A stretch of 62,541 nucleotides of DNA, filler included, from Polymyxa betae A26-41 (taxonomy: Eukaryota; Protista; Endomyxa: Phytomyxea), in the NCBI GenBank assembly GCA_003693705.1. It is 5 parts of 5 records of this genome, joined end to end, with 100 filler letters (N's around TTAATTAATTAA, not from the genome) between each part and the next. Parts side by side here need not be neighbours in the genome. Positions count along the whole stretch, not along the records: positions 48,381 to 59,145 come from RBZT01000520.1; positions 59,246 to 62,541 come from RBZT01000012.1; 3 more parts are not named here. The stretch is one strand, 5' to 3'. A program made the translations under genes and the position numbers. Each line of letters starts with the position of its first letter. Position 1 is the stretch's first letter. The notes below the pieces were generated by a model, which saw only the letters and a list, made by a program, of their open reading frames with translations, was not told the DNA's origin and made no database searches. This document shows positions 52,149-62,541 of this stretch, one piece after another.

Positions 52149-53793
52149 ATGTCAAGTTGGGCTGACGATGTCTGGAACCGCCTTGCTAGCGATCGTGTCG
52201 CCATGTAAGAATCTCTTTCGCCTTTGCTTTAGTTTCCTGTTTTTCAATTAACCTTTGCATTTTGCATTTTGTTGAATTGCCCAATAATTGGCATTTTTCC
52301 GTTTTAACATTCGTGCATTTTAGATCTGCTTCTGCTCCTGGGAAAGTTCTTGTTGCTGGTGGTTACTTGGTCTTAGATTCGCGGTATAGCGGATTAGTGA
52401 TCGCTGTTAATGCCAGATTTACAGCCAAAGTCGCTCTATTAGAACCGAATTCGTGTAAGGTCATTAAACTATTGCCTCGCGTTTCTTAATCTTACCTAGC
52501 TCTTATTGAAAAGCTTCCTGGAAACGGTAGACGGTTTTTTGGACATTTCTCTCAAGTCTCAAAGCACCCTGATTTTTCTATCAGAACCTCGAGTTTTCCT
52601 CATAGCACCACAATATTCGGAACAGCTTCTTATTTCATCGCTGTCGTTTAAAACCACACCCATATCGCTGGCGTTCGCACCACGATGCAATTCTTTTATC
52701 GAGCAGACTGTCATCTACGTTTTGGCTGTCGCTCGACTATGCATCCCGAATCTCGCTTCCTTTCTTGGAGCGGGAGTCGTTATCTACACGAAAGCAGACG
52801 AGGCGTTTTATTCAGAGATCGGCTCCGATGGCGTCGCTCGAGCTAAATCCGGGCTGGGTTCATCAGCAGCTTTGGTTTCATCAGTCACAGCTGCTCTCCT
52901 GGCTTTGTTCGACATCCACGACATGCAGCTTTGCTATCGGACTGCTCAGCTCGCCCATTGCGCTGCCCAAGGGAAGGTCGGAAGCGGGTTTGACGTCAGC
53001 TCTGCTTTTTTTGGCAGTCAGATCTATCGACGATTCAATGAAAACACGATTGCCCCGTATCTGAACCTACAGAGACCTTTCCCAAAACCGCTTCTCACGT
53101 TTATTCAAGATGACGAGGCGTGGTACCGTCAACACGTTCCTATCGTCTTTCCTGAAGGGCTTGGCATTGTATTGGGTGATGTTCGTCAGGGATCGCAGAC
53201 TCCAGGCATGGTCAAGCGGGTCCTTCAGTGGCGGCAGACCCAGAGATCTGATTGTTGGGACGAACTTGGTCACCTCAATGACGAATTCGCTGCCACTTTA
53301 AATGACCTTCAAGAATTTTCTGTTTCCTCATTAGAAGCAGCCTCTCAGGTCTCTCACGATCAGTGGTATCACTGCAGTCATTCTGGCGTCGTTCTCATGA
53401 AACTTCGGAAGGTGTTTATAGAAATTCGTCGCAAATTACGGGATATGGGAATCGCATCTGGTGTGGAAATTGAACCATCGTCGCAAGAAGAACTGTTGGA
53501 TGCCACTATGAATGAAAAGGGCGTTGTTTGTGCTGGTGTTCCAGGAGGTTGCTCTTTCTTTTTTTATCACCTTTCGTTCACCTTTGTTCCTGTCTCACCC
53601 ACTATTATCATTTTTATGGATGGTTTCTATTGAATCTGACTCTCCAATAGCAGGAGGTTTCGATGCGGTTTTCGCTATCTATGTTGGTGGCGACTCAACT
53701 CGCCACCGAATCCAGAGGTTGTGGAAGTTCCGAAATATCGCCTTTATTGAAATCGAGCAGGATTCAAGCGGGATTATTGTCACTAAAGTATAA
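52149..53793 (+). CDS. ERG8: Phosphomevalonate kinase, ERG8 (GHMP) type, intron-containing
   Basis: SAPGKVLVAGGYLVL, KSGLGSSAA, AHCAAQGKVGSGFDV, GSQTPGMV, IEP..Q..LLD, GVPG|AGGFDA. Confidence 0.95.
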
Positions 53794-54169
53794 CAATACG
53801 TTTGGTTCAACTTCGGTGTCATTCCCTTTATTGAATTCATCTGAATAGCTGGTTGTTTCCGTGCTGAAATTTTGTTAAACTACTGTTTTCGTTTAATGAA
53901 GCTCATCTCATCGACTGGGCAGGGCATGATTTGATTGTCTGCAAAGTTCAGCGTCTCGCCTTGTTGCAATTTCGCTTACAGAATAATGCATCCGTAGAAA
54001 TGTGAGACGAGCTTGGGAGTAGCAACTATTCTGTTTATATTTATAGGAATAGATAAACTTGAAACTTGGCAATGCAAAGGGCAACCAGTTAACATGGTTA
54101 AGCTCATGGCATAACAATACAATGTAGGTAAACCTGAGGCTAGAGCTGTACATAAAATCGATCAATGCA

Positions 54170-54544
54170 TCAAGAATGGATCTGATTGGCGATCTTGAGG
54201 GATTCTCTGGTCGCTCGCTCACGACGAATCTTGTGCAAGAAGGCAGAAATGACCTCAGTCTCTCGAAACTTGGGCTGCGTAGAGAAATGCTTTGTGGCAG
54301 CATTTACAAGCTCAATCTTCGGGGCATTCGGCCTGGTATCAAGCTTGAAATATCTTCTATATGCCTTCAGCGAGCTCATCTCGAGCTTGGCGAAATCGAC
54401 AGCAACTAGGGGCACATCCTCGCTTCGTAAGCGTTTCGATTTCTTGGCGTCATCTTGTTTGTCGTTGCGCTTGACAACGGTAGCTTGGGCTGGAAGCTGG
54501 GCGGCCGGGGCGCGCTTCGAACGTCGCTGTTTGCTATCGTCCAT
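54170..54544 (-). CDS. SAP30-like Sin3-binding HDAC complex subunit
   Basis: VDFAKLEMSSLKAYRRYFKL...K.ELV.A..KHF......ETEVISAF matches the SAP30 Sin3-binding domain pattern. Confidence 0.85.
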   Translation of the reverse strand: MDDSKQRRSKRAPAAQLPAQATVVKRNDKQDDAKKSKRLRSEDVPLVAVDFAKLEMSSLKAYRRYFKLDTRPNAPKIELVNAATKHFSTQPKFRETEVISAFLHKIRRERATRESLKIANQIHS

Positions 54545-55350
54545 CGACTGATTATAAGAGAATGACAGGACACGCGCAGTGCGTGATCTCTATGACCGGA
54601 TCGGGGACCATCGTTCAGGGCTGATTTACAGGTGGGCTGCGCTCTAAGCAGACTGCACACACCTGACAACTCGGGAACATACGTTTACCGTCCACTGCTT
54701 CAGCCTGCACTAGTGATAGCTCTGGTTTCTCAAACTGGGCCCATTCCGGCCTGAGGTAAGGACACAGCGTAGGATTCCTATCCTTAGTGTTGATTTTGGC
54801 TACCTAGGTTATTTTATTCAGTTCAAAATACACAATTACGCAGATTATTTTCTCTCGGAGGCAAAGAAGTAGCTTTGAAGCTTTTGCTTTCTGAGTCTCG
54901 TTTTGAACCTTCATCGTGCAGACAAAGGAATAACAAGGCGCGAACGTTGATTCACATCAGTTTCTTCGATAGATAACGGCAGAGGTACAACACAATCCTC
55001 CTCGCTTGAAATTGTTGTATGTATCAGCTTTACATGAAATTTTCCGCTTTGTTGGCTTATTTTTCGGATACAAACAAGTTCAAGTCGCTTTTTAATTACC
55101 TTAGCTTATTTATATATAACGTTGAGTTTGTTGGTATAGATGATATGGCATGAAAGCCAAACCTCATCCTCATATTGCACTGGCGGGAAAACGTCTGGAC
55201 AACAGCGAACGTAGCCGAGTTCTGATCCAAATCCGATCTGAACGCATATATCTGCAAACACCAGATTGGACTTCACAGGATTCTGTCAATGGTTCCAAGA
55301 CTGCAGTTTACTCACTCCTTTCAACAACAGTGAACTAAGAAGAGCTCTCA

Positions 55351-56531
55351 TGATGGTTCAATCAGCGAGATCAATCCAAAGGATCCCATCGTGAGTCACG
55401 GACTGGGAGAGATCGCGAAATTCCGGTGGAGGTTGGCGTCAGACGTTTCAGTCAGCTCAGAATCCAATCTCCACCTACACGTATCGCTTGCCGTACTGCC
55501 CCCCAGTTCGTCACTATCATGTCCCCCCTTCCTCGTCCGAGATTCGAAGTCGACGAAGGAGCCCGCGGCTCCGTTCTCCGCGTCACTTTACCGAAGGGTA
55601 TGCTGTGGCGGCGCGAATCGCAATCGATACGGCCTTGATAACGGATCTTGGTGCCCAGGTGTGGTCGTACACGGCCTGACCGAAGGATTTCTAGCTGCCG
55701 CCAAGTCGGTCCATTCACGCAAATCGACACGAAAGATTACCAAGTTCGCTAATCTTCGCGATTTCTGGTCCAGCTCTGAAGCCGACGCTGTAAGCTCCCA
55801 GATGCTTTATGGGTTTTCATTTCTTTTTTGGAAAATTACTTTTTTTCTGCCGTTTTTTTTGCATTAATTTTGCATGATAGGAGCTGTTGCTATGTGCCTC
55901 TATGCCATGCTCGATTCATTTGATCGAGGTCCACGGCCGTCTCAGGGTCCGACCGAGCGCCATCTTCGCCTGTGAATCCACCGTTTTGTTCACGTCGACC
56001 AGCTGGCTTTCTAACAACTGGGTCGAGGTCACTGGATTCGGTAACAAACATCGACTTTTTCTCAGTGCCATCTTTCAGTTTTCGTATTTATTTATGATTT
56101 ACCGAAAATGTTTGATTCGAGCTATGATTTATCATGCAATCTCTCGAAGCTTTATCGCATTCTTTTGGACTCTTCGTTTTATCTGGTTTTTCATATTCCG
56201 ATTGAGGTTGTTCGCTGATCATATTATGGCAGGAATGTTGGCGATTCATTCAGCTGGTCATATCACCGAGATCGACTCAGCCGGCACCGAGATGCAATTC
56301 GCCTGTTCACGTCTGCTGGCTTATGATTGTGATACGAAGAAGACGGTTGGTGGTGATGCGTCTCTCTGGTCTCCTGATACCACAACACCCTATCGTGTTT
56401 GGTCGACAACGTCACGGCATGGACCTCTCATGCAACAACATTCGGGTCGGGTGGCGACAACGCCCTCTGCTGGTGCTGTTTCTATCAAAGCCTGGAGGCA
56501 AACATCGTTGCAGGTCAGCCGAATATTCTGA
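55351..56531 (+). CDS. AIM24-like protein (multi-exon); start uncertain
   Basis: FEV....SVLRVTLP, ELLL, AIFACES, VEVTGFG|MLAI...G, LLAYD; GT-AG introns near 55598-55657, 55790-55880 and 56042-56232. Confidence 0.55.
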
Positions 56532-57138
56532 TGTTATACTGGCCCGACTCAATTTCTATCTTGATAGTTATTTGTGATGGGTTTGCTTTTCCTGTTGGTT
56601 GTTATCTTCAGCGATTCGATCGAGAAGGGCATCACAAATTCGTTCAATTTCGATCATCAGGATCTTGCTCGCTGGATCAATCGTATGTCCGCTCAATACA
56701 GATACTAAATCTACTGTTTATGGCTTACATTTGTGATCGGCTTTGCTTGCGATATACATTGCTGTTCTTTTTGTTAGACGTAACTTGTTTCTAGGGTTTA
56801 TAACAAACCTGTGTTTGATTATGAAAATTTCTTGCTTTTTTTCTGAATAATTACATAAATGGCAGAATGTCACTGCAATCTGCTCAAACGGAATTGCCAC
56901 GTAACGTTTTACTCCTCACTCAATGTCGAGGGGCATCTAATATACCTTCGTATTCTTTTGCTATTGCCGATACGGTCCTTCAGAGAAGGCCTTATAGTGA
57001 GTTCCTTATTGATTTTTTTGCATGGAACTGAAATATTTTCTCGATTTCTGAATATCACTTGATCTATGCTGAGCGTTTGCATTCATCTGACGTCTCGCTT
57101 ACGGTTATAGCAATTGTTACATAAAAGCAACGTAACGT

Positions 57139-57212
57139 GTCCCGGTGGTGTAGCTGGTCATCACACCTGTCTAACACACAGGAGGTCTCCAGTTCAAGTC
57201 TGGGCTGGGACA
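57139..57212 (+). tRNA. tRNA-Val(AAC)
   Basis: Acceptor stem GTCCCGG/CTGGGAC; anticodon arm CCTGT-CTAACAC-ACAGG; GTTCAA T-loop; downstream T-run. Confidence 0.95.
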
Positions 57213-57461
57213 TTATATTTTTACAATTTTTAAAGAGATTATCATCCTTTGATATTCTTTTACAGATTGTTCTAAAAAGCTAAGTCTTGGAGTTTCAAAC
57301 GATGCCACAGTAGGTTCTGCGTCACCAGCTGTTGCTCGATCTTTGTGCCGATCCCTTTATCGATATACATCATTCGAGGAAATCGATCAGCCCGCTGCCG
57401 CTTCCGGATGGCTGTGTCAACGGATGTGTCATCTCTCAATCTCAAAAGCCGCAATATCTTG

Positions 57462-58031
57462 ATGTATCAGCCCGTATGGCTGGTCGTACTCGCCCTACAG
57501 CTCCTACGTGCATTTGGTTTCGCAATCGCTGCTGAACAGGTTGCCGTAACTGGTGCCGTCTTCGAATCAGACTGCTTCACCGGTGATCCCACAGGCGTAC
57601 TGGCCCACACTGTTATCAAAGAGCGGGCAGGTTTAGGCTCCCAGACTCGACCGTTTGAGTTCAATCAAGGAATCGGAGCTGAATGCTCGACTGAAGAACA
57701 TTTGAATGCCGACTTGGCTGATTTTGAATTTGAAGACGACGATGAGGACGACATCGTTGATTCTGAATGTGACAATGTGGACGAGGAGGAATGTCTGGTA
57801 GACGATGAGGACGATGAGGGCGATGAGGATGATGAGGATCACACTGTTGATGACGAGGATTCGGCTGACGAAGACGATGATATCTTCGGTGAAGACAATG
57901 ACGATGATGATGATGATGATGATGAAACTGTGTATCTAACTGAAGTATCGTCCTGTCCTTTCTCACAGCAGCGTCAGTTTGCGACGACATCGTTGAGCTG
58001 TGGTATGCCGTATTCTAACATGACATTATGA
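57462..58031 (+). CDS. Putative secreted Asp/Glu-rich protein (may splice to downstream exons)
   Basis: MYQPVWLVVLALQLLRAFGFAIA signal-like N-terminus; ~70-aa D/E tract; possible GT donor near 57946. Confidence 0.65.
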   Translation: MYQPVWLVVLALQLLRAFGFAIAAEQVAVTGAVFESDCFTGDPTGVLAHTVIKERAGLGSQTRPFEFNQGIGAECSTEEHLNADLADFEFEDDDEDDIVDSECDNVDEEECLVDDEDDEGDEDDEDHTVDDEDSADEDDDIFGEDNDDDDDDDDETVYLTEVSSCPFSQQRQFATTSLSCGMPYSNMTL

Positions 58032-59225
58032 CCCATCTGCTGTTGATTACTCACTTGAGCTTTACAATACACATCGTAATCCCTCTAAACAATCTCTTAT
58101 CGATGTTTGTGCTTCATTGCTGTTATGCTAAATCTGGGCTTTATCTCCGTCTCTGATGCGAGACATTTCCAATCATTTGCTGATATTAACATGTATTGGA
58201 TAACATCTTGTTACTATTACATTGTCACAGATACTGCTTGCAAAATCAGTAATCTATTGCCTTCTTTCCTGGGCAGTTTGCTGTTTGTGGTCAGACAAGT
58301 GATTTGGTATCGTATTATAACGATTTGGCATCAGAAGAGCAGCTGATACTTTTCGTCTTCGAACTCGATTGATAATACTTGTAGGGCACCTGTTGATATT
58401 CTATCAGACTGCAATTACGAGCAGTCAGTGCAACTTATAATTTGACTATATATGAGTGGAAATTAGACTGAAAATTTCAAAAAATCTCAAGATTTGACCT
58501 TGTTTGCATGAGACAGTTGCACATATCTTCAAACTATTAATAATAAGCAAGTGATGCATTGAACAATAGATGAACGTATTGACAGATTTTAATCTCCAAT
58601 AGATATCGAATCTGATATTCTTTTGTAATGTTACCAATATCAGTCGACCATTTGTCATTAGTGTTTGTTCATGGCAAATATTTTCTTCATGGATTGGCTC
58701 TAAACAGCCCAGTAGCAGCTCTGTATCATGAAGATTATAGCTCTTCATGATAACAGAAAGAGATATATGGGGAATTAAAGTGGTAATTACAATATGTGTC
58801 ATGGCTCTATTGTCATATCAGTAATGATATCAACATAATACAGATATTTACAGGTCGTATTCATATGGTATCACATGTAGTAAATAACTCATTGATGAGA
58901 TCCATTGAATAGCATCATTACCTTTATATATACACAATATCTATTAAAGCCAATAAGTGTAGTGATTTGCATAAAAATGATGTGGTCAATAACATTGAGC
59001 AATATCTAACGTAGACTTTGGTATTCCTGGGTAATGTTACTGATACTTCTTGATCATTTGTTGTTCCGATCTGCTTGTTGTAACTTGTAAGCATAGTTTT
59101 CATGGACAGGCTCTGGATAAAATAGCAGCAGCTCTGTATCATTAGNNNNNNNNNNNNNNNNNNNNNNNNNNNNNNNNNNNNNNNNNNNNTTAATTAATTA
59201 ANNNNNNNNNNNNNNNNNNNNNNNN

Positions 59226-60524
59226 NNNNNNNNNNNNNNNNNNNNTCGAAAGATGTGCGAATTTGTCTTTTGGGAGCGATGGCTTTCTATCTCTTCTGGC
59301 GTTTTCATATAGAGAGCGAGCCATTTCCAGATTTCTCAACTAGTGGAAACTGGTTTGATGATAAATTCCTGAAAAGCGGGCATTGTCCTCAGAAATCGCT
59401 CGATTATAAACGCCACAAAGATGCTATTAATATGGTGTTTAAAGAAATCGGATTAACCTCTAAAGCAAAAACCCATGCAGCTAGAGGTTCTGGGGCCAGG
59501 ATGGCAGAGCTTGCAGGCGCTTCGGAATACCAAATACGTCGTCTTGGTCGATGGAACAATCAGTCCATGGAAAATTGTTACCTGACCAGTTTGCCACGTG
59601 AAGCAATACGAACTTTGGCTGGATTCCCTCCTGCCCAAGGAAACTTCTTTCTAAATCGAGCTGCTATAGAACCTCCTGCTGCTTTGAAGCGCATGATATT
59701 CCCATTTGTTGAACCAACTTTAGAGAAAATACGTACCGGCGAATATCACGAAACCATTGCTGCCAGGGGGTTTCTAGAACTTCTGGATCGGTTAAGGACT
59801 GTGATTTTGCAAGATTCTGTTCCAATGAAGTTGCAGCATCCCGATCCTCCTATATGGAGCCATGCTGTTTTCTGTTCTGAACCTTATAATCAGTTAATCA
59901 ACGATTTAAAGCAAACTCTTGATGCGAACTGTGACCCGACCGAAGGGGTTTTACAGAAAGCCATGCCTGCCCTTTCACAGAAGATTCAAAACATGCATGC
60001 TGATTTGAAGTCGACGATTTCGGCAGCCATTCTTCCGGTGGCTGAAAACCTTACAAAATTGCAAAACCAGTTCAGTGATTTAGTATAAGGACGCGTCCCG
60101 GTATTCTTACATACTGACAGCTCTGCAAGACCTAACCATGCAGAGGTCGCCAGTATCGAAATCGATAATACCGAATCGAACGATGAGATTCCAATAACGC
60201 ATAACGAACATGTGGTGCATCAGCAGACCTACAAAATGATCAAAAACAGTAAATGATTTATGGCGGGAATGGAGTGAAGGGCTCGCCGGAGGGCCTGCCA
60301 TCCAAGAGATGGAAGTGAAATGGGGCTCGAAATGGTGTGAAGGAAATGAGAGAAGGTTTTTTAATCGGAGAAAAAAGATAGTCGACGAAACTAAACGAAT
60401 AGCACGAACCTTGGAAGGCGGTGAGTCGAAAGTCAATTGCCTGATTGCGGCTGAGATTCTTGAACAAAATCGTCGAGAAAGAGAGAAATCTCTGGATTGG
60501 TCTTCGAAGAATTTACCACTCTAA
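59226..60524 (+). mobile_element. Crypton-type tyrosine recombinase element, second copy (5' part lost in a gap)
   Basis: KTHAARGSGARMAELAGA..IRRLGRWN..MENCYLTSLPRE; GCR1_C-like LWREWSEG...MEVKWGSKW; stops in the C-terminal part. Confidence 0.88.
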
Positions 60525-60789
60525 TCACCACAAAAACACTAACTTTTGCTCTGAGTTCTCAATACAGTATTTGACTATTTGTTGTTGTTATCGCTTTTTA
60601 TAGNNNNNNNNNNNNNNNNNNNNNNNNNNNNNNNNNNNNNNNNNNNNNNNNNNNNNNNNNNNNNNNNNNNNNNNNNNNNNNNNNNNNNNNNNNNNNNNNN
60701 NNNNNNNNNNNNNNNNNNNNNNNNNNNNNNNNNNNNNNNNNNNNNNNNNNNNNNNNNNNCATTCGTCTCTCTTTACAGAGTTAAGCTGT

Positions 60790-62344
60790 CCGCAACGGTA
60801 TTCGTTGAAATACAGATGGTGTCTGAATCCACTCATTCTTTGTTCTTGTCTGTCCTCTTTGTCGGTGCTCCTACGACGCTTCTAGTCATAATGGTTAGTC
60901 AAATAGAGGGATCTACAGACTGATAGCAATACAGATACACAAGTGAGGGAGGTTTATAAGTAAAAGAGTTGAACAAAAATTCATCAAGGAATAGCAGACA
61001 TGTACAGAGAATTTATTGCAGATACTTGTTAAGTTGAATAGTCGTAGCCATTTCTGTACATTCATCTAGCAGCTTGCAATATGAAGATGGGGTAACATTC
61101 ATCTGATATTCAGATAGCTTGACTTCGAGCAGTTTCTCGACTTGGATTCGAATACGATGAATCAGTTCGATCATCGTGTCCTGTAACATCAAAAATGCGA
61201 TCGTTTTGATATGGCGGAGCCGGAGTTTTGCCAATTCTGGGTTTGAATGGGTCTGCTCCAATAGGAAGACAATTTCGTTCCATTTCCATGGGAGTTGTTC
61301 AAGCCAGGCATTCTGATATCCCTTGATGGATTTACAGACTTGCAGGGCGATGTCAAAGGCCGCATCGCGGAAGTCATCGTCATTGTTGCTGAATGTGAAT
61401 TCTGCTAAAGGCTGAAGCAGCTCACGCAGCTTATCATTGTCGAACGAATCTACAATTTATAAAATCAGATTGTTATAAAAAACGTAACAAACATAAACTA
61501 CAACTTCCATGAAAAATAAACAAAAGCGAAACACAAATCTTGAAACTACTTTACCTGAAAACTCCGTACAAAGTTGGAACAGCCGTTGAAGTTGAGAATC
61601 CTCTTGCGCATCAAGTCGCGTGAAAAAAGTTTTCATAGAAAGGGCTCTCTTAGGTTTCTTCTTCTTCTTCAGTAATTTTCCAGCCTGAGCCAATGCTTTC
61701 ACTATACCGATCTCCATTATGGCCCTTCTTTGTGTTAATGTCTTGTCCAGATTCCATTCGCGGCACACACGATCGAAAAAACCCATCGCAAGTTTTGGGT
61801 CTAAACAGAGGGCGGAATCCGTCACGGCATTAACCTGCTGCACGAAAACCGGATACTTCTGTACTACGATATTACGCAGTTGCTTCAAGCGATTCTGCAA
61901 TCGAGCTTCGTCCTGTTTGCAATGCAGATCGAATAGGCTCATCATTATATTCAGGACCTGATCTCGATCGTACTTGCCCGCAGACTTTCGGAGTTCATAC
62001 AGAATAGCATCGAGCTGGTATTGAAGATCGGGTTGGAAGTCGTCCACAATCGAAACCAGAACGAAGAATTCTTCACGGAGAATGGAGGCCGGGCCAGGGC
62101 CAGTACCATCCGAAGGTTCGGACTGGTCTACAAGAGAGACCATCCCGGCACATAAGCTCAATAAGCAAATGTCCGTGAAATGTTCCAAAATGTGAGTATC
62201 AAATTCGTCCTGAAAGAGTTTGAAGGTGACCTGATCATCTGGAATGATGTCCGGAAACGGAAATCGTTTCGAGACATCAAGTTTTCCAAGAATTGCGGAA
62301 TCCACATTCTGATCTGTTCGAGTAACATCTACGGATACAGTCAA
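60790..62344 (-). CDS. Unknown multi-exon helical protein (partial)
   Basis: 295-aa ORF plus downstream ORFs; GT donor near 61554 (minus strand) and an AT-rich intron at ~61450-61554. No motif recognised. Confidence 0.55.
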
Positions 62345-62541
62345 TATCTCGGGTGAAATAATGATTATTTCACAATAAACACGAGTCGAATGGATTCATG
62401 GAAAAAACTGCCAAAAATGTAAAAATAATCGTTGAAAGTAAATAATGTGATGACCTGTGGTTGGCGTTTCGCAAGCAATATCAGCAGTAATGGAGGATTC
62501 GGGCTTATCACAAGGTCCGGAGTCAGATTCCGGTGTAGGTT

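Noticed and set aside
57661-57990. Poly-His ORF on the minus strand
   Set aside because: Antisense reading of the GAT/GAC acidic tract.

Overview
Eukaryotic (spliceosomal introns, no operons) draft-assembly scaffold with N gaps padded by TTAATTAATTAA. The organism cannot be identified from sequence alone. The first ~45 kb is a graveyard of nested, mostly decayed transposons: a Helitron, a Crypton tyrosine-recombinase element, at least five Ty3/Gypsy elements, a Ty1/Copia element, three PIF/Harbinger-type elements, a Harbinger MITE, MULE remnants and several solo LTRs. Many have readable LTRs, TIRs and target-site duplications (TSDs). From ~45 kb: a signal-peptide P-loop GTPase and its inverted pseudogene, CLP1, an ERG8-type phosphomevalonate kinase, a SAP30-like protein, an AIM24-like gene, tRNA-Val(AAC), an acidic secreted protein, a second Crypton and an unknown gene. 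The most unusual signals are: (i) non-canonical retrotransposon primer-binding sites, including a Tf1-like self-complementary one and a 12-bp perfect palindrome shared by two divergent Gypsy elements; (ii) a solo LTR with six heat-shock-element-like units; (iii) a palindrome conserved across different LTR families; (iv) the apparently secreted GTPase pair; (v) two Ndc10/GCR1-type Cryptons. All homology calls come from recognised motifs, not database searches, and coordinates were counted by hand.
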